The position numbers were made by a program, and so were the translations under genes. A model generated the notes under the pieces. It was given only the letters and a program-made list of their open reading frames with translations. It was not told where the DNA came from and made no database searches. Below, piece after piece: positions 18,356-28,120 of a stretch of 64,000 nucleotides of DNA. The stretch is from Bacteroidales bacterium. Lineage in GTDB: Bacteria; Bacteroidota; Bacteroidia; Bacteroidales; UBA12077. Location: the NCBI GenBank assembly GCA_030611105.1, contig JAUWQL010000002.1:6192-70191 (forward strand), in the 5' to 3' direction. Within the stretch, counting starts at the first letter, position 1. Every line of letters begins with the position of its first letter.

Positions 18356-19114
18356 ATGAAAGTTCAATATTGTTCTGATTTGCATTTGGAATTTTCTGAA
18401 AACAATGAATTCCTAAAATCAAATCCTTTACAGGCCAAAGGAGACATTTTGGTTTTGGCAGGCGATATTGTTCCTTTTATAGTAATGAATAATCATAAGG
18501 ATTTTTTCAATTTTCTATCAGATCATTTTGAATATACTTATTGGGTCCCTGGAAACCATGAATATTATTATTACGATATTACTCAAAAAGATGGTACAAT
18601 AAATGAGAAAATCAGGACCAATGTTTTCCTGGTTAATAATACATCTGTAAAGCATAATAATCTAAAGCTTATATTCTCTACTCTTTGGTCAAAGATAGAT
18701 CCTGCAAATCAATGGATTATTCAACAAAGCATGTCTGATTTTCAAGTAATAAAACATAAGAAAGAGCTTTTTACTCCTTTTCATTATAACCAATTGCACC
18801 AGGAATGTATCCGATTTATTGAACAGGAATTAAAACAAAACGGGCAGAAAAAGACAATTGTCGTTTCTCATCACGCACCAAGCTTTTTAAATTATCCTGA
18901 AAAATACAAAGGAAATGTTTTAAGCAGTGCCTTTGCAGTAGAACTATATGATCTTATCGAAAAATCGAATATCAATTATTGGATCTTCGGACATCACCAT
19001 CAAAATGTTCCCGACTTCACTATCGATAAAACTAAATTAATAACCAACCAACTGGGTTACGTTAAGTATAATGAACATCAATTATTTAAACAGAATGCGA
19101 CAATTAATTGCTAA
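18356..19114 (+). CDS. Calcineurin-like metallophosphoesterase
   Basis: Motifs CSDLHLE, LAGDI, GNHEYY, VSHHAP and GHHH. Confidence 0.85.
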   Translation: MKVQYCSDLHLEFSENNEFLKSNPLQAKGDILVLAGDIVPFIVMNNHKDFFNFLSDHFEYTYWVPGNHEYYYYDITQKDGTINEKIRTNVFLVNNTSVKHNNLKLIFSTLWSKIDPANQWIIQQSMSDFQVIKHKKELFTPFHYNQLHQECIRFIEQELKQNGQKKTIVVSHHAPSFLNYPEKYKGNVLSSAFAVELYDLIEKSNINYWIFGHHHQNVPDFTIDKTKLITNQLGYVKYNEHQLFKQNATINC

Positions 19115-19153
19115 AATGTTAGCAAATTTTGTTTTGTTTTGTTTTTCAGTATA

Positions 19154-19210
19154 ATATCATTATATTTGCATGATATCATAAGCAATGATATTGTGCAAAA
19201 TACGTGATAT
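19154..19210. promoter_or_regulatory. Cluster of TGATAT/ATATCA half-sites upstream of the wHTH-nucleotidyltransferase pair
   Basis: ATATCA at 19154-19159. The palindrome TGATATCA at 19171-19178. TGATAT at 19186-19191 and 19205-19210. ATG at 19232. Confidence 0.35.
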
Positions 19211-19231
19211 TATTTTTATATACAGTCAATT

Positions 19232-20191
19232 ATGAATAATATTAAAAAGTATATATACGAAACTTTAGGTGTAAATATTGAAATAAAAGATATAAGCCCT
19301 AATAAATTAAAGGGCCTGCCATTTTTTATGGTTAATACTTATAAGTTTAAAAAGACAACCTTCTTTGACAGAGATGTAATTCTAATGGTTGTGCAGGATG
19401 AATTTACAACAAATAAGATTAGAAAACATCTTGATCTTGCTCAAGAAGCTTTTAATGCTATTGTGATTGCAGTAATCAGACCTGTTGAAGCATATAACCG
19501 GTTAAGATTAGTGGAAAAGAAAGTTCCGTTCATAATTCCCGGGAAACAAATGTATATACCACATTTATTGATAGATTTTAAAGAATATGCTGCGGCTCAA
19601 AGTGAAATACCAACAATAATGCAGCCGGCTGCTCAATGTCTTTTACTTTACAATATGCAGGTTGAATCTTTGGAAGGAATAAACTTTAAAGGTATTGCAG
19701 AAAAGTTACATTACAATCCTATGACGATTACTCGGGCAGCTTATTTTCTTCATAATGCAGGAATTTGCAAGTTAGAAGGTACTAAAGAAAAGTATTTACG
19801 CTTTGAAAAAAATAATAAAGAATTATGGAATGAAACAGAATCTATGATGATGAGTCCTGTCAAAAGAAGTAGTTATTATACTGGTTGGGTAGGTGACGAA
19901 AATATATACAAGACAAACATAAATGCACTAGCACATTATAGCGATCTTAACGATGAAGCTGTGGAATATTATGCTGTTAGACCTGGTTTCTTAAAATTTA
20001 TTGAAGGAGCAAATTTAAAGAAGATCAATAGCTATGAAGGAAATATTTGCATTGAAGAATGGTTGTATGATCCAAGCTTACTAACTAAAGGTGAATTTGT
20101 TGATCCACTGTCTCTTTATTTATGTTTTAGAGATAATCAGGATGAACGAATTGAAATGGCATTGGAACAAATAATTGAAAATATATGGTAA
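19232..20191 (+). CDS. Hypothetical protein with a central winged-helix-like segment; possible AbiEi-like antitoxin/regulator
   Basis: The segment IAEKLHYNPMTITRAAYFLHNAGICKLEG looks like a wHTH. Overlaps the downstream nucleotidyltransferase-like ORF (ATGGTAA). Confidence 0.45.
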   Translation: MNNIKKYIYETLGVNIEIKDISPNKLKGLPFFMVNTYKFKKTTFFDRDVILMVVQDEFTTNKIRKHLDLAQEAFNAIVIAVIRPVEAYNRLRLVEKKVPFIIPGKQMYIPHLLIDFKEYAAAQSEIPTIMQPAAQCLLLYNMQVESLEGINFKGIAEKLHYNPMTITRAAYFLHNAGICKLEGTKEKYLRFEKNNKELWNETESMMMSPVKRSSYYTGWVGDENIYKTNINALAHYSDLNDEAVEYYAVRPGFLKFIEGANLKKINSYEGNICIEEWLYDPSLLTKGEFVDPLSLYLCFRDNQDERIEMALEQIIENIW

Positions 20192-20649
20192 TAGGAATAG
20201 ATAAGTTTAGAGAATATTTTAAGGATGTTTCTGATAGTTATATCATTATTGGTGATACTGCATGTGATATTATTTTGGAAGATGCGGGATTTACACCAAG
20301 AGCGACTAAGGATATTGATATGATTCTGATTGTAGAAGCTTTAAAACCAGAATTTGTTAAACAGTTTTGGGCATTTATTAAGGAAGCTGATTACGAACGT
20401 AAAGAAAAAAGTGAAGATAAACGAAAGTATTATCGCTTCTTGAATCCGGAAAATAAAGAATTCCCAAAACAGGTTGAACTTTTTTCAAAAACTCCTGATT
20501 TAATTAAAGTAGATATGCAAAACTTTGTCGATGTAGTAAAAAATGATCTCCCAAATAAACAGATGTTTAAAGATTTAGGAATTCCAAACATGAATGTTGA
20601 TGTATTATTTAAACAATTTCTAAGTAACTTTAAATTGGAGATAGAATAA
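20185..20649 (+). CDS. Nucleotidyltransferase-fold protein, AbiEii/AbiGii-like (possibly truncated)
   Basis: IIIGDTACDIILEDAGFTPRATKDIDMILIVEAL resembles the GG..A....G..R.T.D.D motif of AbiEii-type nucleotidyltransferases. At 154 aa it is short for the family. Confidence 0.4.
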   Translation: MVIGIDKFREYFKDVSDSYIIIGDTACDIILEDAGFTPRATKDIDMILIVEALKPEFVKQFWAFIKEADYERKEKSEDKRKYYRFLNPENKEFPKQVELFSKTPDLIKVDMQNFVDVVKNDLPNKQMFKDLGIPNMNVDVLFKQFLSNFKLEIE

Positions 20650-20673
20650 TAATTACCTTGTAAAACAAACAAA

Positions 20674-20868
20674 ATGACTATCCAAGAATATATCGATTCC
20701 CTTAACAAAAGATTCAAAACAGGAATATCAAGAGAACATACTTACAGAACAGATTTAGAGCAACTAATTCGAACAATCGTAAAAGGTGTTGAAATAACCA
20801 ATGACCCAAGCTCCACTACTACAAAGTACAAAACAGCACAAAATCTACTATTTATAATGCTTTTATAA
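20674..20868 (+). pseudogene. N-terminal fragment of a restriction-modification (N6-methylase/type IIG-like) enzyme
   Basis: MTIQEYIDSLNKRFKTGISREHTYRTDLEQLIRTIVKGVEITNDP resembles the N-terminus of large fused R-M enzymes, by my recollection of the pattern ...TEHSYR..L..L......VTNEP. The reading frame then degenerates and stops at 64 aa. Confidence 0.4.
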
Positions 20869-21215
20869 GAAATTGAAGTTTCTCGTAATTCATTTTAATG
20901 CATCTTAATCCATCATTTAAGGTGTACAATTCGGGATATAAACAAATGCCGATACAATTTCAATGGAGTATTTGGAATTTAACATGAATAAACAAATTTC
21001 TACTACTTTTTACAAGCTACATTTTTTGAATTATTTTTTGTTATATTTGATATCTATATTTATAAATTCGGTTAACAAAAAATATCATTTCAACTCAGAT
21101 GATTACAACCGGAGGATTTATAGCTTAGTGTGCTGTTACTGGAGTTCATTAAGTTGCAACTATAGAAACAAAATTAATACCCATAAATATTCATATAAAC
21201 CTAAACTACAAAATA

Positions 21216-22358
21216 ATGAACTTTGAATACACAGAAGAGCAATTAATGGCTCAACAATCAGCAAGAGATTTTGCTCAAAGAGAATTGATATTAGATGTAA
21301 TTGAGAGAGATACTAAAGCAGAATTTCCTACTCAACACGTTAAGAAACTGGCCGAATTAGGATTTCTTGGAATGCTAGTTGATCCAAAATATGATGGAAC
21401 AGGCATGGATACTATCTCTTATGTTTTAGCAATGGAGGAGATATCAAAAGTCGATTCTTCGGTTGCAGTTATTATGTCTGTTAATAATTCCCTAGTATGT
21501 TACGGTCTGGAAAAATATGGTACCGAAGAACAAAAAGAGAAGTATTTAAAGCCACTAGCTCTAGGAGAAAAAATTGGTGCATTCCTATTATCTGAACCGG
21601 AAGCAGGTTCTGATGCCACAATGCAGCGAACCATGGCTGTTGACAAGGGTGATTATTATCTTGTTAATGGAACTAAGAATTGGATAACAAACGGGAATTC
21701 AGCTTCAACTTATATTGTAATCGTTCAAACAGATCCTGAAAAAGGGCACAAAGGAATAAATGCACTAATTATTGACCGACATGCAGAGGGAATAAGTCTT
21801 GGCCCACACGAAGATAAAATGGGAATGAGAAGCTCAGATACACATTCAGTTATGTTTACTGATGTTAAAGTACCCAAAGAAGACCGCATTGGAGAAGATG
21901 GTTTTGGATTTAAATTTGCCATGAAAACGCTTGAAGGCGGGAGACTTGGAATAGCAGCACAAGCATTGGGGCTTGCATCCGGGGCATATGAGTTAGCTTT
22001 GAAATATTCACAAGAAAGAAAGGCTTTCGGAAAAGAAATTATCCATCATCAGGCCATAGCATTTAAATTAGCAGATATGGCTACAGAGATCGAAGCTGCA
22101 CGATTTTTATGTCTAAAAGCTGCCTGGCTTAAAGATAATGATAAGCCTTATGGTACCGCAAGTGCAATGGCAAAATTATATTGTGCAGAAATGGCCATGA
22201 AAGTAACCACTGAAGCAGTCCAGATTTTTGGAGGATATGGATATGTTAAAGAATACCACGTAGAAAGATTAATGCGTGATGCCAAACTTACCCAAATTTA
22301 TGAAGGCACATCAGAAATTCAGAAAATCGTAATTTCCAGAGCTATTATGGACAAGTAA
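21216..22358 (+). CDS. Acyl-CoA dehydrogenase (short-chain/butyryl-CoA type)
   Basis: 380 aa. LSEPEAGSD, C-terminal IYEGTSEIQ motif. Confidence 0.9.
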   Translation: MNFEYTEEQLMAQQSARDFAQRELILDVIERDTKAEFPTQHVKKLAELGFLGMLVDPKYDGTGMDTISYVLAMEEISKVDSSVAVIMSVNNSLVCYGLEKYGTEEQKEKYLKPLALGEKIGAFLLSEPEAGSDATMQRTMAVDKGDYYLVNGTKNWITNGNSASTYIVIVQTDPEKGHKGINALIIDRHAEGISLGPHEDKMGMRSSDTHSVMFTDVKVPKEDRIGEDGFGFKFAMKTLEGGRLGIAAQALGLASGAYELALKYSQERKAFGKEIIHHQAIAFKLADMATEIEAARFLCLKAAWLKDNDKPYGTASAMAKLYCAEMAMKVTTEAVQIFGGYGYVKEYHVERLMRDAKLTQIYEGTSEIQKIVISRAIMDK

Positions 22359-22506
22359 AAATGAGAGAAAGAGAAAGTAGTTAAATGCAATTGTGTCAGA
22401 CATTTATCATTTTTTGCAAGTAAGTGACAAATTTCCACATAATATTTTTACATCAACTTTTTTATAAATTTAGTATTTCAATTAATAAAGATAAAACTTT
22501 TTTTGC

Positions 22507-25500
22507 ATGATTCAATCCGAAGTATATAAAACATCAAATAATATTAGAATCATTACCGCTACATCACTTTTTGACGGGCACGATGCTACAATTAATATTA
22601 TTCGAAGAATTATTCAATCAACCGGCGGTGAGGTTATACATCTTGGCCACAATAAATCTGTTGATGAAATTATAAACTGTGCCATACAAGAAGATGCACA
22701 TGCTATTGCCCTTACTTCATATCAGGGTGGCCATATGGAATTTTATAAATATATGTTCGATCTGTTGCGCGAAAAAGGTTGTGAACATATAAAAATTTTT
22801 GGTGGTGGCGGAGGTGTTATTTTACCTGAAGAAAATGACGAATTAAAAAGATATGGCATTGCAGGCATCTATTCTCCTGATGATGGAAGAAAAATGGGTT
22901 TGCAGGGTATGATTAATGACTTGATGCAAAAGTCGGATTATCCTCTTGGATCTAAGGAAATTAAACTTGAAAAAATAAAATCTAAGGATCAATATGAAAT
23001 AGCATCGTTGATCACAAAAGCAGAAAATTACTCTGAGCAAGCCAAAGATTATCTGGATAGTATTAGAAAAGATATTGTTGATTCGAATACTCCGGTAATT
23101 GGAATTACCGGGACAGGTGGAGCTGGAAAATCTTCTATCGTTGATGAAATCATCAGGCGATTTCTGGATTTATATCCCGACCTGACTATTGGAATAGTAT
23201 CCGTTGATCCATCAAAAAGGAAAAGTGGCGGTGCTTTATTGGGTGACAGAATTAGGATGAATTCTATTAATCATTCTAATATATATATGCGTTCGCTGGC
23301 AACGCGACAACAAAATCTGGCTTTATCTGCTCATGTTAAAGATGCAATTGATATTCTTAAATATGCAAATTTTGATATAATTATTCTAGAATCATCTGGT
23401 ATTGGGCAATCTGATACAGAAATTATTGATCAGAGCGATGTGTATTTTTATGTTATGACACCGGATTATGGAGCAGCATCTCAACTGGAAAAAATAGCAA
23501 TGCTTGATTATGCTGATATTATAGCATTAAATAAGTTTGATAAACAAGGAGCTTTGGATGCTTTACGCGATGTAAAAAAACAATATCAAAGGAGTAATTT
23601 ATTATTTGAAACTCCTGTTGATGAGATGCCTGTTTTTGGAACAATTGCCTCACAATACAATAACGAGGGAGTAAATATTCTGTTTGAGAAGTTGATGAAA
23701 ATAGTGAGTGCAAAAACAGGATTCAATTTTCCTGAAACAAATTATTCATTACGAATTAGCCATAATAAAGAGCAAGTTGTACCATCTAGCAAAGTAAGAT
23801 ATCTTTCAGAAATTGCTGATACCATAAGAACTTATAATAAATATATTGATGATCAGGCAAAAATAGCAAACCGATGGCAAGCTTTGGTTACTTCAGAGGA
23901 AGAAATTGGAAATGACAACGGATTTTCAGAGCAGATAAAGAATAGAATTGCATCATTGAAAAATGACCTTGGCAACGAAAATATTAAGATAATTGAGAAC
24001 TGGGAAAGCAAAAAGAAAAAATATAAGGATGAATTTTACACATACGAGGTAAGAGGAAAATCAATTAAAGTAGAAACACATATTAAGTCATTATCTCAAT
24101 CTAAGATACCTAAAATTGCTCTTCCCTCCTATTCTTCCTGGGGTGACATTTTAAAGTGGAATTTAAAAGAAAATGTGCCCGGAGAGTTTCCATATGCGGC
24201 AGGTGTATTTCCCTTTAAACGCGAATCGGAAGATCCAACAAGAATGTTTGCCGGAGAAGGAGGACCTGAACGAACCAATAAAAGATTCCATTATCTTTCA
24301 AAAGGACAAAAAGCAAAACGTTTATCTACAGCCTATGATTCCGTTACCCTTTATGGAGCAAATCCTGATATTCGTCCTGATATTTTAGGAAAAATTGGCA
24401 ATTCCGGTGTTTCAGTGGCTTGTTTAGATGATGCAAAGAAACTTTATTCAGGTTTCGATCTTCTTGATCCTTACACGTCAGTTTCGATGACAATTAATGG
24501 ACCAGCTCCCTTTATGGTAGGTTATTTCATGAATACAGCAATTGATCAAAATTGCGAAAAGTACATAATTGAACACGGGCTGGAAGAAAAAGTACAAAAA
24601 CAGATTAAGAAAATATACAAAGAGAAGGGGGTAAATCTTCCTGAATATCAAGGTAATTTACCTGATACGAATAACGGACTAGGTTTATTTCTACTAGGAG
24701 TAACCGGCGATCAGGTATTGCCTAAAGAGGTTTACAACAAAATAAAGGAAAATACTTTACAAAAAGTGAGAGGAACAATTCAGGCTGATATTTTAAAAGA
24801 GGATCAGGCACAAAATACATGTATCTTCTCAACTGATTTTGCTCTAAAAATGATGGGTGATATTCAGGAGTATTTTATTGATAAGGATGTTAAGAATTTC
24901 TATTCGGTATCCATTTCTGGTTATCATATGGCTGAAGCCGGAGCTAACCCTATTACTCAACTTGCTTTTACCCTGGCTAATGGTTTCACATTTGTCGAGT
25001 ATTATCTATCCCGGGGCATGAAAATAGATGATTTTGCGCCTAGCTTATCATTTTTCTTTTCTAATGGTCTGGATCCTGAATATTCTGTGATTGGGAGAGT
25101 AGCCAGAATAATATGGTCAAAAGCAATGAAAAATAAATATAAAGCCAACTCTTTATCTCAAAAACTTAAATACCACATTCAAACTTCCGGAAGGTCTTTA
25201 CATTCGCAGGAAATCGAATTTAATGATATTAGAACCTCTCTTCAGGCACTTTCAGGAATCTACGATAATTGTAACTCATTACATACAAATGCATATGATG
25301 AGGCTATTACCACTCCTACAGAAGAATCTGTCAGGCGAGCAATGGCTATTCAAATGATAATTAATCATGAATTTGGATTGGCAAAAAACCAGAATCCTTT
25401 ACAAGGATCTTTTATCATTGAAGAATTAACAGAGCTTGTGGAAGAAGCTGTATTACTGGAATTTGACAGACTTACAGATCGTGGAGGTGTTTTAGGTGCA

Positions 25501-25869
25501 ATGGAGTCAATGTATCAGAGAGGTAAAATCCAGGACGAATCTCTTTATTATGAGTCTCTTAAACACAGTGGCGAACTTCCTATCATGGGAGTGAATACAT
25601 TTTTATCATCTCAGGGTTCACCAACTATAGTTCCAAAAGAAGTAATAAGAGCAACTGAGAAAGAGAAAAATTATCAAATCGAAAATTTAAAAAACTTACA
25701 TAAGGCAAATGTTAATATCTCTAAGAAGAAATTAACAGATCTCAAACAAGCGGTTCTTGATAATAAAAACACTTTCGAATATCTGATGGAAGTAACAAAA
25801 TATTGTTCTATTGGACAAATTACAAATGCTTTGTACGAAGTAGGAGGCCAGTACAGAAGAAATATGTAA
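22507..25869 (+). CDS. icmF: Fused isobutyryl-CoA mutase (B12-binding domain + MeaB-like G protein + mutase catalytic domain)
   Basis: N-terminal [10 protein letters not shown] (DxHxxG B12 motif). P-loop [16 protein letters not shown] box. C-terminal methylmalonyl-CoA-mutase-like domain. 1120 aa. Confidence 0.9.
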   Translation: MIQSEVYKTSNNIRIITATSLFDGHDATINIIRRIIQSTGGEVIHLGHNKSVDEIINCAIQEDAHAIALTSYQGGHMEFYKYMFDLLREKGCEHIKIFGGGGGVILPEENDELKRYGIAGIYSPDDGRKMGLQGMINDLMQKSDYPLGSKEIKLEKIKSKDQYEIASLITKAENYSEQAKDYLDSIRKDIVDSNTPVIGITGTGGAGKSSIVDEIIRRFLDLYPDLTIGIVSVDPSKRKSGGALLGDRIRMNSINHSNIYMRSLATRQQNLALSAHVKDAIDILKYANFDIIILESSGIGQSDTEIIDQSDVYFYVMTPDYGAASQLEKIAMLDYADIIALNKFDKQGALDALRDVKKQYQRSNLLFETPVDEMPVFGTIASQYNNEGVNILFEKLMKIVSAKTGFNFPETNYSLRISHNKEQVVPSSKVRYLSEIADTIRTYNKYIDDQAKIANRWQALVTSEEEIGNDNGFSEQIKNRIASLKNDLGNENIKIIENWESKKKKYKDEFYTYEVRGKSIKVETHIKSLSQSKIPKIALPSYSSWGDILKWNLKENVPGEFPYAAGVFPFKRESEDPTRMFAGEGGPERTNKRFHYLSKGQKAKRLSTAYDSVTLYGANPDIRPDILGKIGNSGVSVACLDDAKKLYSGFDLLDPYTSVSMTINGPAPFMVGYFMNTAIDQNCEKYIIEHGLEEKVQKQIKKIYKEKGVNLPEYQGNLPDTNNGLGLFLLGVTGDQVLPKEVYNKIKENTLQKVRGTIQADILKEDQAQNTCIFSTDFALKMMGDIQEYFIDKDVKNFYSVSISGYHMAEAGANPITQLAFTLANGFTFVEYYLSRGMKIDDFAPSLSFFFSNGLDPEYSVIGRVARIIWSKAMKNKYKANSLSQKLKYHIQTSGRSLHSQEIEFNDIRTSLQALSGIYDNCNSLHTNAYDEAITTPTEESVRRAMAIQMIINHEFGLAKNQNPLQGSFIIEELTELVEEAVLLEFDRLTDRGGVLGAMESMYQRGKIQDESLYYESLKHSGELPIMGVNTFLSSQGSPTIVPKEVIRATEKEKNYQIENLKNLHKANVNISKKKLTDLKQAVLDNKNTFEYLMEVTKYCSIGQITNALYEVGGQYRRNM

Positions 25870-25984
25870 ATACATTTGAAACCTTAGAAATATATTTTTG
25901 ATATTTAAATCTTTCAGTGTATTTTGAAATAAATTAAATAGAATCATTTTTGAACAAATTCAATAACTCTATAAAACTCTAAGT

Positions 25985-27079
25985 ATGAATTACAAAATAG
26001 ATTATTCAGCAGAAAATTTAATTCTTGTCATTAATCCCAGAATTCCTTTTACTAAAATTGGAATTTACAATAATAAAAACCTTGTGTTTTTAAAAAAAAT
26101 AATACATCCTGAAGAAGATTTGCGAAAATTTTCAAAGATCGAAGACCAGGCAAATTATAGAAAAGATGCAATAATAAAAGAATTGAAAGATAATGATATC
26201 GATTTCGAAAAAATCAGACTTGTGATTAGTAGAGGTGGCTTGCTTAAACCTGTAAAATCAGGCGTTTATCTTATTACTGATAAAGTAAAACAGGATCTTG
26301 CTAATTCAATTCAGGGCACAGATGTGGTCAATTTGGGAGGATTAATTTCAGGAAGTATTGTTGATGAGCTACCAAATGCAAATGCTTTCGTTGCTGATCC
26401 GGTAGTTGTTGATGAGTATAATGATCTTGCAAAGGTTACAGGTTTGCCTGAACTAAAAAGAAAATCTATTTTTCATGCACTAAATCAAAAATATATCGCA
26501 CATCATTATGCAAAATCCATACATAAAGAATATGAAGATCTGAATTTAATTGTTGCTCATTTAGGATCTGGAATAACCATTGGTGCACACCAAAAAGGAT
26601 GTGTTATCGATTCAAATATGGGATACGATGGTGATGGCCCGTTTTCTCCTATGAGAGCTGGTAGTTTGCCTACAGGAGATCTAATCAGACTGTGTTTTAG
26701 TGGAAAGTATACCAAAGAAGAGTTGTTGAAAAAAGTAAGCATGGAAGGTGGTTTGCATGCTCATTTTGGAACTTTTAGCGGTTTAGAGATTAACAAAAGA
26801 GTTGAGGAAGGTGATAAAGAAGCTGCATTTATATTTGAAGCTATGGCATACCAGGTTTCTAAAACTATTGGCTCTATGTATGCAGTCTTAGGAGGAAAAG
26901 TAGATGCCATATTAATTACAGGATCAATTGCTCATAGCTCATGGTTTGTTCGTAAAATATTAGAAAGAGTTGAAGATATAGCGCCTGTTTCTGTATATCC
27001 GGGATCTGATGATATACAAACATTAGCCCTGAAAGGGCTTGCTGTATTACATGGAGATGAAGATGTGCGTGTTTACTAA
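25985..27079 (+). CDS. buk: Butyrate kinase family protein (atypical N-terminal phosphate loop)
   Basis: HLGSGITIGAH, GPFSPMRAGSLP and ILITGSIAHS match the butyrate kinase/ASKHA pattern. The N-terminal loop reads VINPRIPFTK rather than the usual NPGSTSTK. Confidence 0.75.
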   Translation: MNYKIDYSAENLILVINPRIPFTKIGIYNNKNLVFLKKIIHPEEDLRKFSKIEDQANYRKDAIIKELKDNDIDFEKIRLVISRGGLLKPVKSGVYLITDKVKQDLANSIQGTDVVNLGGLISGSIVDELPNANAFVADPVVVDEYNDLAKVTGLPELKRKSIFHALNQKYIAHHYAKSIHKEYEDLNLIVAHLGSGITIGAHQKGCVIDSNMGYDGDGPFSPMRAGSLPTGDLIRLCFSGKYTKEELLKKVSMEGGLHAHFGTFSGLEINKRVEEGDKEAAFIFEAMAYQVSKTIGSMYAVLGGKVDAILITGSIAHSSWFVRKILERVEDIAPVSVYPGSDDIQTLALKGLAVLHGDEDVRVY

Positions 27080-27103
27080 AGATATGACTCAATAATAAAT
27101 CTG

Positions 27104-27140
27104 AAGTGGTGTTTCTTTACGAAGCACCACTTTTTATTAT
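27104..27140. terminator. Hairpin terminator between convergent buk and thioesterase genes
   Basis: AAGTGGTG (27104-27111) pairs with CACCACTT (27125-27132), followed by a T-run. Overlaps the thioesterase stop. Confidence 0.5.
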
Positions 27141-27617
27141 TTCTTTAATATATTTATCCGGAACCTGAATTGTTACAACCTCTCCTGTTGCAGTTACAAT
27201 ATTATTAGCAAATACCTCCACATCAACAGTAACCTTTCTTCCATTAATTTCTCTAATTCTCCCTCTAATCTGCAAAGTGCAATCAATAGGAGTCGGTTTT
27301 AAGTATTTTACATTTAACGTGCCGGTTAGAAACCTGAATGAGGGTTCTGTATCCATCTCCCTGTTTTCTTTTTTATACATGGCAGCCGCTGCCGATCCTG
27401 TACCATGACAATCAATCAGAGAAGCAATTAAACCACCATATACAAAACCAGGAATAGCAGTGTGGTATGGCTTAGGAGTGAATGTACTTAAAGTTTCATC
27501 ACCATCCCAAACAGTTTTTATTTGATATCCATGTTCATTTAGGTTTCCACAACCATAGCAGTGGCTTAAGTGATCAGGATAATAGTCTTGAAATGCTTTT
27601 ATATTTTCCATTTTCAA
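27117..27617 (-). CDS. Hotdog-fold (PaaI-like) thioesterase
   Basis: 166 aa. HCYGCG...N-terminal segment. VYGGLIASLIDCHG core typical of PaaI/4HBT thioesterases. Confidence 0.7.
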   Translation of the reverse strand: MKMENIKAFQDYYPDHLSHCYGCGNLNEHGYQIKTVWDGDETLSTFTPKPYHTAIPGFVYGGLIASLIDCHGTGSAAAAMYKKENREMDTEPSFRFLTGTLNVKYLKPTPIDCTLQIRGRIREINGRKVTVDVEVFANNIVTATGEVVTIQVPDKYIKEIIKSGAS

Positions 27618-27619
27618 TT

Positions 27620-27711
27620 CATTTAATTAAAGTCAAAAATAATCAAATCAATTTATTTATATAGAAATATATATAAAGTTTTTCAATTAAACTGACTCCT
27701 ATCTGGACACC
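27620..27711 (-). promoter_or_regulatory. Upstream module of the thioesterase gene; near-copy of 15191-15284
   Basis: -7 box TATTTTTG (minus strand, nt 27641-27634). GACTCC at 27694-27699 and GACACC at 27706-27711 (12-nt period). 35/40 identity of 27620-27659 with 15191-15230. Confidence 0.45.
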
Positions 27712-28120
27712 ACTATATTACTCAATAATTATAATTCTGTAGATTACAAAATCATTTCCACTTTACCTGCATCATAAAAAATCACTAGTAACCGGTTAAA
27801 ATTATTATGTTTTATATTTCGTATCCCGAATCACCTTGCCGGCAGGAGTTTGGACCAAAATCTACGGTGTTTTTATTTATTTTTTGGAAACATCAGTTCT
27901 ACACAAAACTAACTTTGACCATTGCTTTAGTAATCAGTATTCATGCTAAACCATTATAACAGAATAAACATTTTTGAATGATGATTGTTGATATTTAATT
28001 AACATATAATTTCCTTTAATAATATTAAATACTACTTTTGACAATACTTAATCATCTAAATATGTGAATAAAAAAGCATTCACAACCTTAAGATTTTAAC
28101 TTACTTCATATTAAGAAACT

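Noticed and set aside
20808-20816. AGCTCCACT, a 9-nt match to the tmRNA-type att core, at the point where the R-M fragment loses homology.
   Set aside because: A 9-mer match is expected by chance in a window of this size, and the flanking bases do not extend the match. It is kept only as a remark in the boundary finding.
20963-21226. Track ORF of 87 aa upstream of the acyl-CoA dehydrogenase gene.
   Set aside because: It has AT-rich low-complexity composition (Asn/Tyr/Phe/Ile/Lys) and no motif, and it overlaps the acd start. It is probably non-coding promoter region.
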